The position numbers and the translations under genes were made by a program. Source: Candidatus Aceula meridiana (GTDB lineage: Bacteria > Omnitrophota > Gorgyraeia > Zapsychrales > Aceulaceae). Taken from it: a stretch of 64,000 nucleotides of DNA. Below are positions 10,456 to 20,414 of the stretch, one piece after another; position 1 is the first letter of the stretch, and every line of letters begins with the position of its first letter. Under the pieces are notes generated by a model. It made no database searches and had not been told where the DNA came from. It saw only the letters and a list, made by a program, of their open reading frames with translations. The stretch covers positions 128,038 through 192,037 of the forward strand of contig JAVCDE010000003.1 in the NCBI GenBank assembly GCA_030765185.1, read 5' to 3'.

Positions 10456-11306
10456 TACAATATTATCTTTATAAAATTGGACAATTTTGGGTTCGGCGCT
10501 TACCGATTAAGTTAGCTTATCGGATTGCAGGATGTATTTCTGTTTTTAAATATTATCTATCAGCAAAAGATCGGCGAGCTGTAAAAAACAATCTCGAAGT
10601 TATTTTTCCGGGCCGTAAAGATGTTTCTCATATTGCACGAGATGTTTTTCGTAATTTTGGGAAATATTTAGTTGATTTTTTTCGCATGCCGGGACTAGTC
10701 GACGAAGATTATATTAGCAAAAATATCAAGGTTGATAATCTTGAATATTTAAAAAATGCTTTAAAAAGAAATAAGGGTGTTGTTCTTTTAACCGCACATT
10801 TAGGAAATTGGGAATTAGGAGGGTTTGTTCTTAGTAAACTAGGATATTCTATGATCGCAGTTGCTCTTCCGCATAAGGAGCGCACAGTTAACGATTTATT
10901 TAATGCACAACGTGAGACCGAAGGAATGATTGTTGTTCCTAATAATGTTGGCATCCGTGAATGCATTAAGGGTTTAAATGAAAATAAGTTGGTTGCACTT
11001 TTAGGTGACCGAGATTTTAATGCTAACGGTGAGGTTCTAGATTTTTTTAAGAAACAAACCGTTATTCCTCGCGGGCCTGCTGCTTTTGCGGTTAAGACCG
11101 GGGCTGCAATCATTCCTGGTTTTCTCGTCCGTCTTGAAGATGACACGTTTCATCTAAAGCTTGAAGAGCCAATTATTCCTTCTTCGGAAGGGGATAAGGA
11201 CAAAGAAATTCGTCGTTTGATGCGTAAAGGTATTTCGATTATTGAAGAAAATATACGCGCTTATCCATCTCAATGGTTTATGTTTCAAAGGTTTTGGATA
11301 TCATGA
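10452..11306 (+). CDS. LpxL/HtrB-type lysophospholipid acyltransferase family protein
   Basis: AHLGNWELG, LLGDR, YPSQWFMFQRFW. Confidence 0.88.
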   Translation: MIQYYLYKIGQFWVRRLPIKLAYRIAGCISVFKYYLSAKDRRAVKNNLEVIFPGRKDVSHIARDVFRNFGKYLVDFFRMPGLVDEDYISKNIKVDNLEYLKNALKRNKGVVLLTAHLGNWELGGFVLSKLGYSMIAVALPHKERTVNDLFNAQRETEGMIVVPNNVGIRECIKGLNENKLVALLGDRDFNANGEVLDFFKKQTVIPRGPAAFAVKTGAAIIPGFLVRLEDDTFHLKLEEPIIPSSEGDKDKEIRRLMRKGISIIEENIRAYPSQWFMFQRFWIS

Positions 11307-11974
11307 AAATTTGCATCATTATTCCTGTTTATAACGAGGCTGCGGCAATTGGTGAATTAGTTCGTCAACTTAAAGCCAAGGGAAAAGACATTCTTGTAAT
11401 TGACGATGGCTCAACAGATGGTTCGGCAGGCCTTGCGAAAGCACAAGGAGCCGAGGTTATTGTTCATGTCGAGCGAAGCGGAAAAGGAACGTCTTTAAGA
11501 GACGGCTTTGATTATGCTGTTGCCAAAGGGTTTGACGGAGTTATTGCTATGGATGGAGACGGGCAACATGCCGTCAGCGATGTTGACAAATTTTTTGATA
11601 AGGCTGAAGAATTTCCTGATGGAATTATCAATGGCAGCCGTATGAATAACGCCCGAACTATGCCATTTGTCCGTTATTGGACCAACAAATTAATGTCAGG
11701 GATAATTTCTCTAGCTTGCCGTCAGTCTATCCCGGATTCCCAGTGCGGATTTCGTTTTATTCCAACCCGTATTTTAAAAAGTGTTCATTTATCATCTTTA
11801 GATTTCGAGATTGAAACAGAGGTTTTAACAAAAGCAAGCCGCAAGGGATTTAGAATTCACTCTATCGGCGTTGAAACAATTTATCAGGACGAGCTAAGCA
11901 AAATTAACCCTTTCGTCGATACATTTCGTTTTATTGCTTTTATGATTAAAGACCTATTTCAACCAAAATCATAA
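11303..11974 (+). CDS. GT2 glycosyltransferase (DPM1-like)
   Basis: IIPVYNEA, IDDGSTDG, MDGDGQH, DSQCGFR, FEIETE; ATGA overlap puts the start at 11303. Confidence 0.9.
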   Translation: MKICIIIPVYNEAAAIGELVRQLKAKGKDILVIDDGSTDGSAGLAKAQGAEVIVHVERSGKGTSLRDGFDYAVAKGFDGVIAMDGDGQHAVSDVDKFFDKAEEFPDGIINGSRMNNARTMPFVRYWTNKLMSGIISLACRQSIPDSQCGFRFIPTRILKSVHLSSLDFEIETEVLTKASRKGFRIHSIGVETIYQDELSKINPFVDTFRFIAFMIKDLFQPKS

Positions 11975-12001
11975 ACACAAACATTCTGCCCGCCTTTTTA
12001 T

Positions 12002-12658
12002 ATGGAAGACCGAATTTTTAAATACGCCTTGATGGTTTCACTTTTGCTTCATATTTTTGTTTTATTAAAGCTATCTTATTCTAATGTCCATTTTCTTTCC
12101 CAACCTATCAAGAGCTTAGAAGTGGTTTATCCCAGAATGACGATTGAAAAGGGGACAGTTCCAAAAGAGAAGAAGCCTCTTAAGGGGATGAAGGTTGAAG
12201 TAGAAAGCCAGCCTGTAAACACCAAAGGGCGTCTAGATTCTCTTACGAAAGATATTTCTAAGCTTTCTGAGGATTTTTTTCAAAAAGGGCAAAAGCCGAA
12301 ACAGCCTGCAGAGAAAGGGACTAAGCGTAAGGTTTCAGTTCCGGCTCTTGAGGCTCAGCAGATCAAGAATCCACTTTATTTAGATTATTACAAGGAAGTG
12401 CGCAGTAGCATTCGCGAACGCGCTTATGTTAATTATCAACAATTTGATTCTGGCGAGGTGTACCTTGCTTTTATTGTTGAGGCTAGCGGAGAACTTAAAC
12501 AAATAAGAATTATTGAAGAGCGCACTAAGGCCAACCAATACCTCAGGCGTGTAAGTGTGCAGAGCGTCAAAGAGGCAAGTCCTTTCCCGCCTTTTCCTGA
12601 AGAGCTAAAGTATCCTGAGCTTTCGTTTAACGTAGTTATTTCTTTTGAGGTAGAATAG
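12002..12658 (+). CDS. TonB/TolA-like protein (N-terminal TM anchor, C-terminal TonB_C-like domain)
   Basis: SLLLH TM motif, Lys/Pro-rich linker, ASPFPPFP C-terminal domain. Confidence 0.75.
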   Translation: MEDRIFKYALMVSLLLHIFVLLKLSYSNVHFLSQPIKSLEVVYPRMTIEKGTVPKEKKPLKGMKVEVESQPVNTKGRLDSLTKDISKLSEDFFQKGQKPKQPAEKGTKRKVSVPALEAQQIKNPLYLDYYKEVRSSIRERAYVNYQQFDSGEVYLAFIVEASGELKQIRIIEERTKANQYLRRVSVQSVKEASPFPPFPEELKYPELSFNVVISFEVE

Positions 12659-12682
12659 AGGGTTTTTAGGCGGCTGTTTAAG

Positions 12683-12713
12683 TTGACACGTTCGGTGAGA
12701 AACCGTATATGAT
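12683..12713 (+). promoter_or_regulatory. Sigma70-type promoter upstream of a structured intergenic element
   Basis: TTGACA 12683-12688, then TATATG at 17 bp or TATGAT at 19 bp spacing. Confidence 0.5.
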
Positions 12714-12740
12714 GTGTTGTTAAGAATTTTAAAAGAATCT

Positions 12741-12842
12741 ACCCGCAGGATGGGCTTATCGATTCAGTGTTACCCCGAGAATGATGGATAGCCAAAAGAA
12801 ACTTTAAGGTTTTAGTTTCGCAGTCGAAACATTTGAGCGGGT
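12741..12842 (+). ncRNA. Candidate structured RNA or leader of unknown family
   Basis: Closing stem ACCCGC/GCGGGT; internal stems GGCTTATC/GATAGCC and GTTTCG-CAGT-CGAAAC; no ORF; lies between two promoters. Confidence 0.4.
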
Positions 12843-12870
12843 TGACAATATAAAAGAGCAATGTTATCCT
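12842..12870 (+). promoter_or_regulatory. Sigma70-type promoter giving a probably leaderless transcript
   Basis: TTGACA-17bp-TATCCT with TGn extension; ATG 7 nt after the -10; no SD. Confidence 0.6.
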
Positions 12871-12877
12871 AAAAATT

Positions 12878-13174
12878 ATGACAGATGCCCAAACAGAAGA
12901 TAAAAGACAAGATTTGCCGAAAGTTGACTTCTTGGCCTATATTACAAGCTTGGCTTTTCAGGCAATGGTTTTTTTAGGTGAGGTGCCAAGCCCTGTGACA
13001 AATAAAATAGAGAAGAACTTGCCTCAGGCAAAATTTTTAATTGATACCCTAGTCCTTATTCGAGAGAAAACAACAGGAAATCTAAATGAGCAGGAGGATA
13101 AGCTGCTTAGCACTTCTGTATATGAACTTCAGATGAAATATGCTGCGCTTACAAAAGAAGGTTCACGGGCATGA
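12878..13174 (+). CDS. DUF1844-family protein
   Basis: SLAFQAMVFLGEVPSP, AKFLIDTL, EKTTGNL..E pattern. Confidence 0.8.
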   Translation: MTDAQTEDKRQDLPKVDFLAYITSLAFQAMVFLGEVPSPVTNKIEKNLPQAKFLIDTLVLIREKTTGNLNEQEDKLLSTSVYELQMKYAALTKEGSRA

Positions 13175-13335
13175 CAGTCGATGCTAAACTATTAAAAATT
13201 TTGACCTGCCTAACATGCCATGGACCGGTTGAAGATAACGAAACAAAGATTGTCTGCACCTCCTGTGGGCGTCAGTACCCTATTAAAGATGGAATTCCCG
13301 TTATGATGCCTCAGAGTGAGAGCAAAGACTTTTAA
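13171..13335 (+). CDS. Trm112-family protein (54 aa, not in ORF track)
   Basis: Hand translation MTVDAKLLKILTCLTCHGPVEDNETKIVCTSCGRQYPIKDGIPVMMPQSESKDF*; YPIKDGIPVM signature; ATGA overlap. Confidence 0.88.
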   Translation: MTVDAKLLKILTCLTCHGPVEDNETKIVCTSCGRQYPIKDGIPVMMPQSESKDF

Positions 13336-13352
13336 TCTAAGGAAGGAAGAAC

Positions 13353-13793
13353 ATGCAAAAAATTTTAGTTATTCATGGCCCAAATTTAGATTTATTAGGA
13401 GCTCGAGAAACCGATATCTACGGTAAAGTTTCCTTAGATAAAATTAATAAACAGTTACAATCATCTGCTAAAGAGGGTAATGTTAGTTTACAGATTATTC
13501 AAACAAACCATGAGGGCGAGATTGTTGATGCGATAGGCTCTGCCCCTAAAAATGGAGTTGTTGCTATTCTTATTAACCCAGCTGCGTATACGCATACAAG
13601 CGTTGCCATCCGTGATGCGATTGCAGCCGTCAGTCTTCCAACGGTTGAAGTGCATCTTTCTAATATTTATGCTCGGGAAGAATTTCGTCAGACATCTTTA
13701 ATCAGCCCCGTTAGCACTGGGCAAGTTTCTGGGTTTGGCCCGCAAAGTTATATTTTAGGGCTCAAGGCTATCTTGGGTCTTATCAAAAAGTGA
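13353..13793 (+). CDS. aroQ: Type II 3-dehydroquinate dehydratase
   Basis: [41 protein letters not shown]. Confidence 0.97.
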   Translation: MQKILVIHGPNLDLLGARETDIYGKVSLDKINKQLQSSAKEGNVSLQIIQTNHEGEIVDAIGSAPKNGVVAILINPAAYTHTSVAIRDAIAAVSLPTVEVHLSNIYAREEFRQTSLISPVSTGQVSGFGPQSYILGLKAILGLIKK

Positions 13794-14830
13794 ATCCAAG
13801 ACTCAAGAAATTTCAAGATCACCTTTTAAAAAACAATATTGATGCTTTTTTAGTAACAAAGCCAATCGATATTTCGTATCTTGTTGACTTTCCTTCTGAA
13901 GACTCCTGGCTTTTGGTAACACGAAAAGAAATATTCTATATTACTGATGCTCGCTATACATGCGAAGTACAAAAACATCTGAAGAAGATAGAAGTTCAGC
14001 AATATACAAGGTCCTTGACGAAGCACGTTGCCGAACTCGCATTAAAAAAGAAGATTAGGCGTATTGGTTTTGATGATAGGTATCTTTCTGTAGCCCAATT
14101 CTGTAGCTTAAAAAAGAATATAAAGAAATCAAGGCTTATCACCGTAAATTTTTTAGTTGAGGCCTTGCGGGCTATTAAAACAAAAAAAGAACTTTTTTTA
14201 ATTAGGAAAGCTATAAAAATTAATCTTAAATGTTATCAATATTTAGGGCGAATTATCAAGCCTGGCCTTACAGAGCGGAAGATTTTAGATAAGCTAGAAA
14301 GCTACGTTAAAGCGCAAAAGGTTCGTTTTTCATTCCCACCTATCATCGCCTCTGGCCCTCATGCCAGTTATCCTCATGCCAAGGTTACTAGTCGAAAGCT
14401 CCGACGGGGCGAAGTTCTTTTAGTTGATTTAGGAATTGAGGTTCAAGGTTACAAGTCTGACTTGACACGTATGTTCTTTTTGGGTAAAATACCCGAATCT
14501 GTGAAGGAAGCCTATCGTTTAGTTTGCCAGGCTCAGCAGTGTGCGATTTTGGCTATAAAGCCTGGACAGCGCGCAGATAAAATTGACAAGCAGGCACGAA
14601 ACTTCCTTAAGCAGAACAAGTTAGATAAGTTTTTCAGCCACTCCCTCGGGCATGGTATCGGGTTGGAAGTTCATGAAAATCCGACCTTGTCATCAAAGAA
14701 TCGGACAATTCTTAAGGAGGGGATGGTTTTAACCGTTGAGCCCGGAGTTTATCTCCCTGATCAATTTGGTATTCGCGTTGAAGATATGGTTCTTGTAACA
14801 GCCAAAGGCTGCAAGGTCCTTTCACGATAG
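13790..14830 (+). CDS. Xaa-Pro aminopeptidase (M24B)
   Basis: [35 protein letters not shown]. Confidence 0.93.
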   Translation: MNPRLKKFQDHLLKNNIDAFLVTKPIDISYLVDFPSEDSWLLVTRKEIFYITDARYTCEVQKHLKKIEVQQYTRSLTKHVAELALKKKIRRIGFDDRYLSVAQFCSLKKNIKKSRLITVNFLVEALRAIKTKKELFLIRKAIKINLKCYQYLGRIIKPGLTERKILDKLESYVKAQKVRFSFPPIIASGPHASYPHAKVTSRKLRRGEVLLVDLGIEVQGYKSDLTRMFFLGKIPESVKEAYRLVCQAQQCAILAIKPGQRADKIDKQARNFLKQNKLDKFFSHSLGHGIGLEVHENPTLSSKNRTILKEGMVLTVEPGVYLPDQFGIRVEDMVLVTAKGCKVLSR

Positions 14831-14890
14831 TTTTTAATACCGAATATAGTATAAAGATAAATATAATAACAAAAGACTTCAGGATAATTC

Positions 14891-15457
14891 GTGACAATCA
14901 CTATTAATCAACTTACAACCGGCATGGGAATTCAACTTGATGGCAATATTTTTCTTGTTCTTGAGCATCGACATGTTAAGCCTGGCAAGGGTGGGGCTTT
15001 TGTCCGCACAAAATTAAAGAATTTTAAGAGTGGGCTTGTTATCGAACGCACATTCAAGCCTTCTGAGAAAATCGAGAACATTTTTTTAGAGGAAAGAACG
15101 ATTCAGTACCTTTATCGGGCAGGGCAAATACTTCATTTTATGGACCAGAAAAGTTTTGAAGAAATGTTTGTTTCCGAAGATTTGCTTGGAGACAATATTA
15201 ACTATCTTCAAGATAATCTAAGCGTGACTGCCTATGTTCATGACGGACAAATTGAAAAGATTGAGATGCCAAATTTTATTGAGACACAAATTGTTGAAAC
15301 TGAGCCAGGTGTAAAGGGAGATTCTGCGCGTGCAGGAAATAAGCCTGCAACCATTGACACTGGCGCAAACGTTCAAGTTCCCCTTTTCGTTGGAACAGGG
15401 GAGTGGATTAAAGTTGATACCAGAAACGGAACATATGTTGAAAGGGTAAAGAAATGA
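14891..15457 (+). CDS. efp: Elongation factor P
   Basis: [29 protein letters not shown]. Confidence 0.97.
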   Translation: MTITINQLTTGMGIQLDGNIFLVLEHRHVKPGKGGAFVRTKLKNFKSGLVIERTFKPSEKIENIFLEERTIQYLYRAGQILHFMDQKSFEEMFVSEDLLGDNINYLQDNLSVTAYVHDGQIEKIEMPNFIETQIVETEPGVKGDSARAGNKPATIDTGANVQVPLFVGTGEWIKVDTRNGTYVERVKK

Positions 15458-15909
15458 ATTTAAAAGAGATTAAAGAAATCATCAAGCTGATGAACGACAA
15501 TGACCTTAGCGAAATTGAGGTTGAACGAGAAGGCGGGAAAATTAAAATTTGTAAAGGGTCTACGGGCGCACCTGTTGTTATGACGTCACCGATGATGGCT
15601 GCCCCGGTGAGCGCTTCGGGATCTGCCCCGCAAGAATCCGGCGGAGTAACACCTGCTTCTTCTTCGGGCTTAAAAGAAATCAAGGCCCCTATGGTTGGAA
15701 CATTTTATCGCTCACCGTCTCCGGATGCTCCGCCTTTTGTTGATATTGGACAAGTCGTTGAAGTCGGGCAGGTTGTCTGTATCCTTGAAGCGATGAAATT
15801 GATGAATGAAATTAAATCTGATGTCCGCGGGAAAATTGTTGATATTAAAATTCAAAATGCAGAACCAGTGGAATTTGGAACTGTATTGCTTTTGATTGAG
15901 CCGGTATAA
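15454..15909 (+). CDS. accB: Acetyl-CoA carboxylase biotin carboxyl carrier protein
   Basis: [22 protein letters not shown] biotinylation motif. Confidence 0.97.
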   Translation: MNLKEIKEIIKLMNDNDLSEIEVEREGGKIKICKGSTGAPVVMTSPMMAAPVSASGSAPQESGGVTPASSSGLKEIKAPMVGTFYRSPSPDAPPFVDIGQVVEVGQVVCILEAMKLMNEIKSDVRGKIVDIKIQNAEPVEFGTVLLLIEPV

Positions 15910-15911
15910 TA

Positions 15912-17270
15912 ATGTTTTCTAAAATTCTGATTGCTAACCGCGGAGAAATTGCCCTGCGCATCATTCGTGCCTGTAAAGAGCTTGGCGTAAGCACTGTCGC
16001 CGTGTACTCTGAGGCAGACCGAGATTCTTTGCATGTCCGCTTTGCAGACGAGGCCGTTTGCGTTGGCCGTGCTGCCAGCAAAGATAGTTATCTGAATATT
16101 CCTGCCATTATTTCTGCTGCTGAAATTACTGATGCTGAGGCCATCCATCCTGGCTATGGATTTTTAGCTGAAAACGCACATTTTGCAGAAATTTGTGAAT
16201 CCTGTCATATTAATTTTATTGGGCCAACTCCTGATAGTATGCGAAAAATGGGAGACAAAGTAACGGCTCGAAGCGTTATGAAAAAAGCCAATGTTCTTGT
16301 TACTCCTGGCGGAGACTCTATTGTCAGAAGTAAAGAAGAGGCTTTGCGGCTTGTTAAAAAGATTAAATATCCAGTTATTATTAAAGCTACCGCTGGCGGT
16401 GGTGGTAAGGGGATGCGCGTTTGTCATAATGATGTTGCGCTTATTAGCTCTTTAACGATGGCACAAACAGAGGCTGAAGCTAGTTTTGGAAATCCGGATG
16501 TTTATATCGAGAAATATATTACCAATCCTCGCCACATTGAAATCCAAATTCTTGCTGATACTCATGGGAACATTATTCATTTAGGCGAAAGAGATTGCAG
16601 TATTCAGAGACGCCATCAAAAACTTCTTGAAGAGGCGCCTTCACCTGCGTTAAGTGCAAAATTGCGCAAGAAGATGGGTGAAATGGCTATTCGAGGTGCT
16701 AAGGCCGTTAATTATCGAGGAGTTGGAACTGTTGAATTTCTTCTTGATGATGATGGATTGTTTTATTTCATGGAAATGAACACAAGGGTTCAGGTTGAGC
16801 ATCCGGTAACAGAAATGGTTACAGGGATTGATATTCTTAAAGAACAGATTCGTATCGCAGCTGGTGAAAAACTTAAAGTTAAGCAAGAGGATATTAAAAT
16901 GAATGGCGCTGCGATTGAGTGTCGCATTAACGCTGAAGATCCGGATAATAATTTTATGCCTTCTCCGGGAAGAATTGAGGAACTTAATCTTCCCGGTGGG
17001 CCAGGTGTTCGCGTTGATACGCATATTTATCAAAATTATTTGATTAGTCCTTTTTATGATTCAATGGTGGCGAAGCTTATTGTTCATGGAAAAACAAGAA
17101 GCGATGCTATCCGCACGATGGCGCGTGCTTTAGAAGAATTTTATGTTGCCCCGATTAAAACAACGATAGGGTTTCATCAACGAATTTTGCAGCATCCGTT
17201 GTTTTTAAAAGGGACAATCTCAACGCATTTTCTAGAAAAGATGGCCAAAGGAGAAATAGACCAGAAGTAA
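15912..17270 (+). CDS. accC: Biotin carboxylase
   Basis: [48 protein letters not shown]. Confidence 0.97.
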   Translation: MFSKILIANRGEIALRIIRACKELGVSTVAVYSEADRDSLHVRFADEAVCVGRAASKDSYLNIPAIISAAEITDAEAIHPGYGFLAENAHFAEICESCHINFIGPTPDSMRKMGDKVTARSVMKKANVLVTPGGDSIVRSKEEALRLVKKIKYPVIIKATAGGGGKGMRVCHNDVALISSLTMAQTEAEASFGNPDVYIEKYITNPRHIEIQILADTHGNIIHLGERDCSIQRRHQKLLEEAPSPALSAKLRKKMGEMAIRGAKAVNYRGVGTVEFLLDDDGLFYFMEMNTRVQVEHPVTEMVTGIDILKEQIRIAAGEKLKVKQEDIKMNGAAIECRINAEDPDNNFMPSPGRIEELNLPGGPGVRVDTHIYQNYLISPFYDSMVAKLIVHGKTRSDAIRTMARALEEFYVAPIKTTIGFHQRILQHPLFLKGTISTHFLEKMAKGEIDQK

Positions 17271-17309
17271 ATATTTCTAAAACCCTTTCAGCATAAAAGG
17301 AGAGGTGCT

Positions 17310-17663
17310 ATGCGCGAAGAGCAAAAAGTTGATTACGGTTCTATTCAGATTCATAAAAAAGTCTTAGCTGATATTGTTTTATCCGTTATCCATGAAACCG
17401 ATGGTGTTACCCTCGCCCCACAGTCGCTTTTTTCTAATCTTTTAAAAGTTTTAGGGCGAAGAATTTATTCAGGGATTGTTGTCTCAATTGATAAGGACAA
17501 TGATGTTTGTATCGAGGTGCGCATTTGCGTCCGCTACGGTGTTAACATTCCAGATGTTTCCCGGCATTTGCAAGACACAATTCGCGATTCAGTTGAAAAA
17601 ACTACCGATATTAATTTAAAAGATGTTCATATCAATATTCAAGGAATTGAAGGAGGCGCATAA
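17310..17663 (+). CDS. Asp23/Gls24 family protein (YqhY-like)
   Basis: G.IQI..V at N-terminus, VRYGVNIPDV...LQ..I, VHINIQGI; follows accBC. Confidence 0.88.
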   Translation: MREEQKVDYGSIQIHKKVLADIVLSVIHETDGVTLAPQSLFSNLLKVLGRRIYSGIVVSIDKDNDVCIEVRICVRYGVNIPDVSRHLQDTIRDSVEKTTDINLKDVHINIQGIEGGA

Positions 17664-18271
17664 TGAAATTTTTTAAACACTTAGGAGTTTTATTTTATCT
17701 TATTGTTATTTTAGCAATCGGAGGCATAGCAATTTTATTTGCATCCCAAGGCATATCTTTTGCGGATGTTAATTATTATCTTGGGCTTGCTTATCATGAT
17801 GCGAGCATCCGTGTTGTTATTCTTGGAATGAGCGTCATCATTATGCTGCTAAGCCTTATTTTTGCGAAGGTTATTTTAGGCGGTGGCCACAAAGAGCGGA
17901 CGATTGCTTTTGAAAATCCTTCAGGCCGTGTCAGCATTTCTTTAAGTGCTCTTGAAGATACGGTTAGGCGTGCTGTTTTAAGAGTCGTTGAAGTCAAGGA
18001 GATGAAGCCGGCGATTACCGCAACGAAAAAGGGAATTGAAATATCTTGCCGTCTTATTTTACGCTCAGAAGCTAGCATCCCGGACATGACATCTAGGCTA
18101 CAGGAAATTATTAAAGAGCGCATTCAAGATGCTTTAGGCATTGAGGAAAATGTTATTGTTCGCATCCACATTACAAAGATTATTTCTGAGTTGAGCAAAG
18201 GAAAAAAAGAAATTGAAGAAGAACCTGAAGGGAAGGAACAGCTGTCGGTTCCTTTTAGGTATCGTAAATAA
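17663..18271 (+). CDS. AmaP-like alkaline shock response membrane anchor protein
   Basis: Two TM helices then an Asp23-like domain (G.V.IS..ALED); coupled to the asp23-family gene. Confidence 0.75.
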   Translation: MKFFKHLGVLFYLIVILAIGGIAILFASQGISFADVNYYLGLAYHDASIRVVILGMSVIIMLLSLIFAKVILGGGHKERTIAFENPSGRVSISLSALEDTVRRAVLRVVEVKEMKPAITATKKGIEISCRLILRSEASIPDMTSRLQEIIKERIQDALGIEENVIVRIHITKIISELSKGKKEIEEEPEGKEQLSVPFRYRK

Positions 18272-18304
18272 CGTATCCTTATTTTTGGGGAAAGGATAAA
18301 CTTT

Positions 18305-19333
18305 ATGAAAAAGATTGGGATTTTAACCGGAGGGGCAGATTGCCCCGGTCTTAATTCTGTTATCCGCGCAGTTGTTTGCAAGGGTCTTCATCATGGATAT
18401 GTGATTACAGGTATTAAGAATGGATGGCAAGGCCTTATTGATAACGATATGAAGGTTCTTGATTTAAATTCTGTTAGTGGCATTCTAGACCGGGGAGGAA
18501 CGATTCTTGGAACAAGCCGAATTAACCCACTAGAAAATCCTGATCAAATTAAAAAAATTTCGGAGAATTATAAACGTAGCGGGATTGATGCCTTAATTGT
18601 TGTTGGAGGAGAGGCAACGTTTAGAATTGCTTCAGAGTTACAAAAAAGGAAAGTGATTCGTGTTATTGGCGTTCCTAAATCTATTGATAATTCATTATCT
18701 GGTACAGATTATGCATTTGGATTCGATACCGCGGTAAACATTGCAACCGAGTGCATCGATCGGCTTCATACGACTGCCGAAAGCCATCATCGTATTATGG
18801 TTGCTGAGGTTATGGGTCGTTATACCGGATGGGTTGCTTTAGAGGCTGGTATTGCAGGTGGAGCAAATATTGTTCTTGTTCCGGAAATTCCTGTAGACAT
18901 TGAAGCTGTCTGCAAGGCTTTAAAAAATAGACATCAGTGTGGAAGAACTTCTAGCATTGTTATTGTTTCTGAAGGGGTTACCTGCAAAGATCATCCGGAA
19001 TTTTTTAAAACGATTAGTGAGAAAAAAATGCACACTTTTGGCGGAATTAGCGAGCTTATTGCGCGTATGATTGAAAGCGAGACCGGCTTTGATACTCGCG
19101 TTAGCATGCTTGGATATATTCAGCGAGGAGGTATCCCGTCAGCTTATGATAGGCTAATTGGAACGCGTTTCGGGGTTCATGCTATCGAATTAGTTGAAGA
19201 AGAGAAGTTCGGTCACATGGTGAGTTTGCGAAACAATCGACTACATTCCGTGCCGATTGAAGAAGCGATTGAAAAGCGCAAGACGATCAATATGGACATC
19301 TATGATATGGCACGTGTCTTTTTTGCGGAGTAA
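18305..19333 (+). CDS. pfkA: 6-phosphofructokinase family protein (divergent motifs)
   Basis: GGTILGTSR, FGFDTAV, TTAESHHR, EVMGR, LGYIQRGG. Confidence 0.85.
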   Translation: MKKIGILTGGADCPGLNSVIRAVVCKGLHHGYVITGIKNGWQGLIDNDMKVLDLNSVSGILDRGGTILGTSRINPLENPDQIKKISENYKRSGIDALIVVGGEATFRIASELQKRKVIRVIGVPKSIDNSLSGTDYAFGFDTAVNIATECIDRLHTTAESHHRIMVAEVMGRYTGWVALEAGIAGGANIVLVPEIPVDIEAVCKALKNRHQCGRTSSIVIVSEGVTCKDHPEFFKTISEKKMHTFGGISELIARMIESETGFDTRVSMLGYIQRGGIPSAYDRLIGTRFGVHAIELVEEEKFGHMVSLRNNRLHSVPIEEAIEKRKTINMDIYDMARVFFAE

Positions 19334-19335
19334 TT

Positions 19336-19926
19336 ATGGATAAAAAAACTAAATCTAAAAAAAGAATTATTGAGAATATCTTTAACGAGTCTATTGCCAT
19401 CAAGCAAAAGACATTAGAGCTAAATATTCGTAAGATTGAGCAAGCTGTTGTCCTTATTGAGCGAACAATTAAGAAAGGAGGGAAGGTTATCCTTTTTGGA
19501 AATGGTGGTTCTGCTGCAGATAGCCAGCATATCGCTGCGGAGTTTATTGGCCGGTTTCAAAAAGAAAGGAAATCAATTCCCGCGATTGCGTTAACGACAG
19601 ATACATCTATTCTAACGGCTTTAGGTAATGATTACGGATTTTCGATTATTTTTGCGCGTCAACTGCAAGGATTGGGAGTTTCTAAAGATGTTGCTGTAGC
19701 TCTTTCAACAAGTGGTAATTCCGTTAATGTTATTGAGGGTTTAAAGACAGCAAAGAAAATTGGAATGAAAACAGTTTCGCTGACCGGCGGAAATGGTGGG
19801 AAAATTGCAAAAATGACAAATATTAGCTTGATTGTTCCTTCAAAGAACACAGCTCGTGTTCAAGAATCACATATCGTTATGGCTCATGCCATTTGTGATT
19901 TGGTAGAATGCGCGTTTATAAAATGA
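19336..19926 (+). CDS. gmhA: Sedoheptulose-7-phosphate isomerase
   Basis: GNGGSAADSQHIAAE, GNDYGF, STSGNS, RVQESH. Confidence 0.95.
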   Translation: MDKKTKSKKRIIENIFNESIAIKQKTLELNIRKIEQAVVLIERTIKKGGKVILFGNGGSAADSQHIAAEFIGRFQKERKSIPAIALTTDTSILTALGNDYGFSIIFARQLQGLGVSKDVAVALSTSGNSVNVIEGLKTAKKIGMKTVSLTGGNGGKIAKMTNISLIVPSKNTARVQESHIVMAHAICDLVECAFIK

Positions 19927-20414
19927 TGAATACAAAATCAAAAATACTTAGCATTAAAACACTTTCTAAGAAAATTCCTCTTTTAAAAAAGCGGAAAAAA
20001 AAGATTGTTTTAACGAATGGATGCTTCGACATTCTTCATTTGGGCCATGCCCGCTATCTTGAGGCGATTAAAAAAGAAGGGCATATTGTTGTTGTCGCGG
20101 TTAACAGCGATGCATCTGTTAAGAAAATTAAAGGATGCAATCGTCCCATCCAAAGCCAACATGCTCGTGCCGGCCTTGTCGCAAGCCTAGCATGTGTCGA
20201 TTATGTTGTTATTTTCAATGAACCAACTCCCTTAAAAGTTGTCCAAGCGTTAAAGCCTGATGTTTTGGTTAAAGGTGCTGATTGGAAAGGCAAAGTTGTC
20301 GTCGGCGAAGATATTGTTAAGGCGAATGGGGGAAAAGTATGGCTTGTAAAGTATTTGCCGGGATTTTCAACAACACGCCTTATTCAGAAAATTAAAAGTC
20401 AATGCGTTCGATAG
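19923..20414 (+). CDS. D-glycero-beta-D-manno-heptose-1-phosphate adenylyltransferase (RfaE/HldE domain II)
   Basis: TNGCFDILHLGH, VNSDASV, PDVLVKGADW, STT; next to gmhA. Confidence 0.9.
   Translation: MMNTKSKILSIKTLSKKIPLLKKRKKKIVLTNGCFDILHLGHARYLEAIKKEGHIVVVAVNSDASVKKIKGCNRPIQSQHARAGLVASLACVDYVVIFNEPTPLKVVQALKPDVLVKGADWKGKVVVGEDIVKANGGKVWLVKYLPGFSTTRLIQKIKSQCVR

Noticed and set aside
12741-12842. Assignment to SRP RNA, 6S RNA, hammerhead or a known riboswitch
   Set aside because: Diagnostic cores (SRP GGAA loop with AGCAG, hammerhead CUGANGA, SAM/TPP/FMN motifs) not found; kept as unknown.
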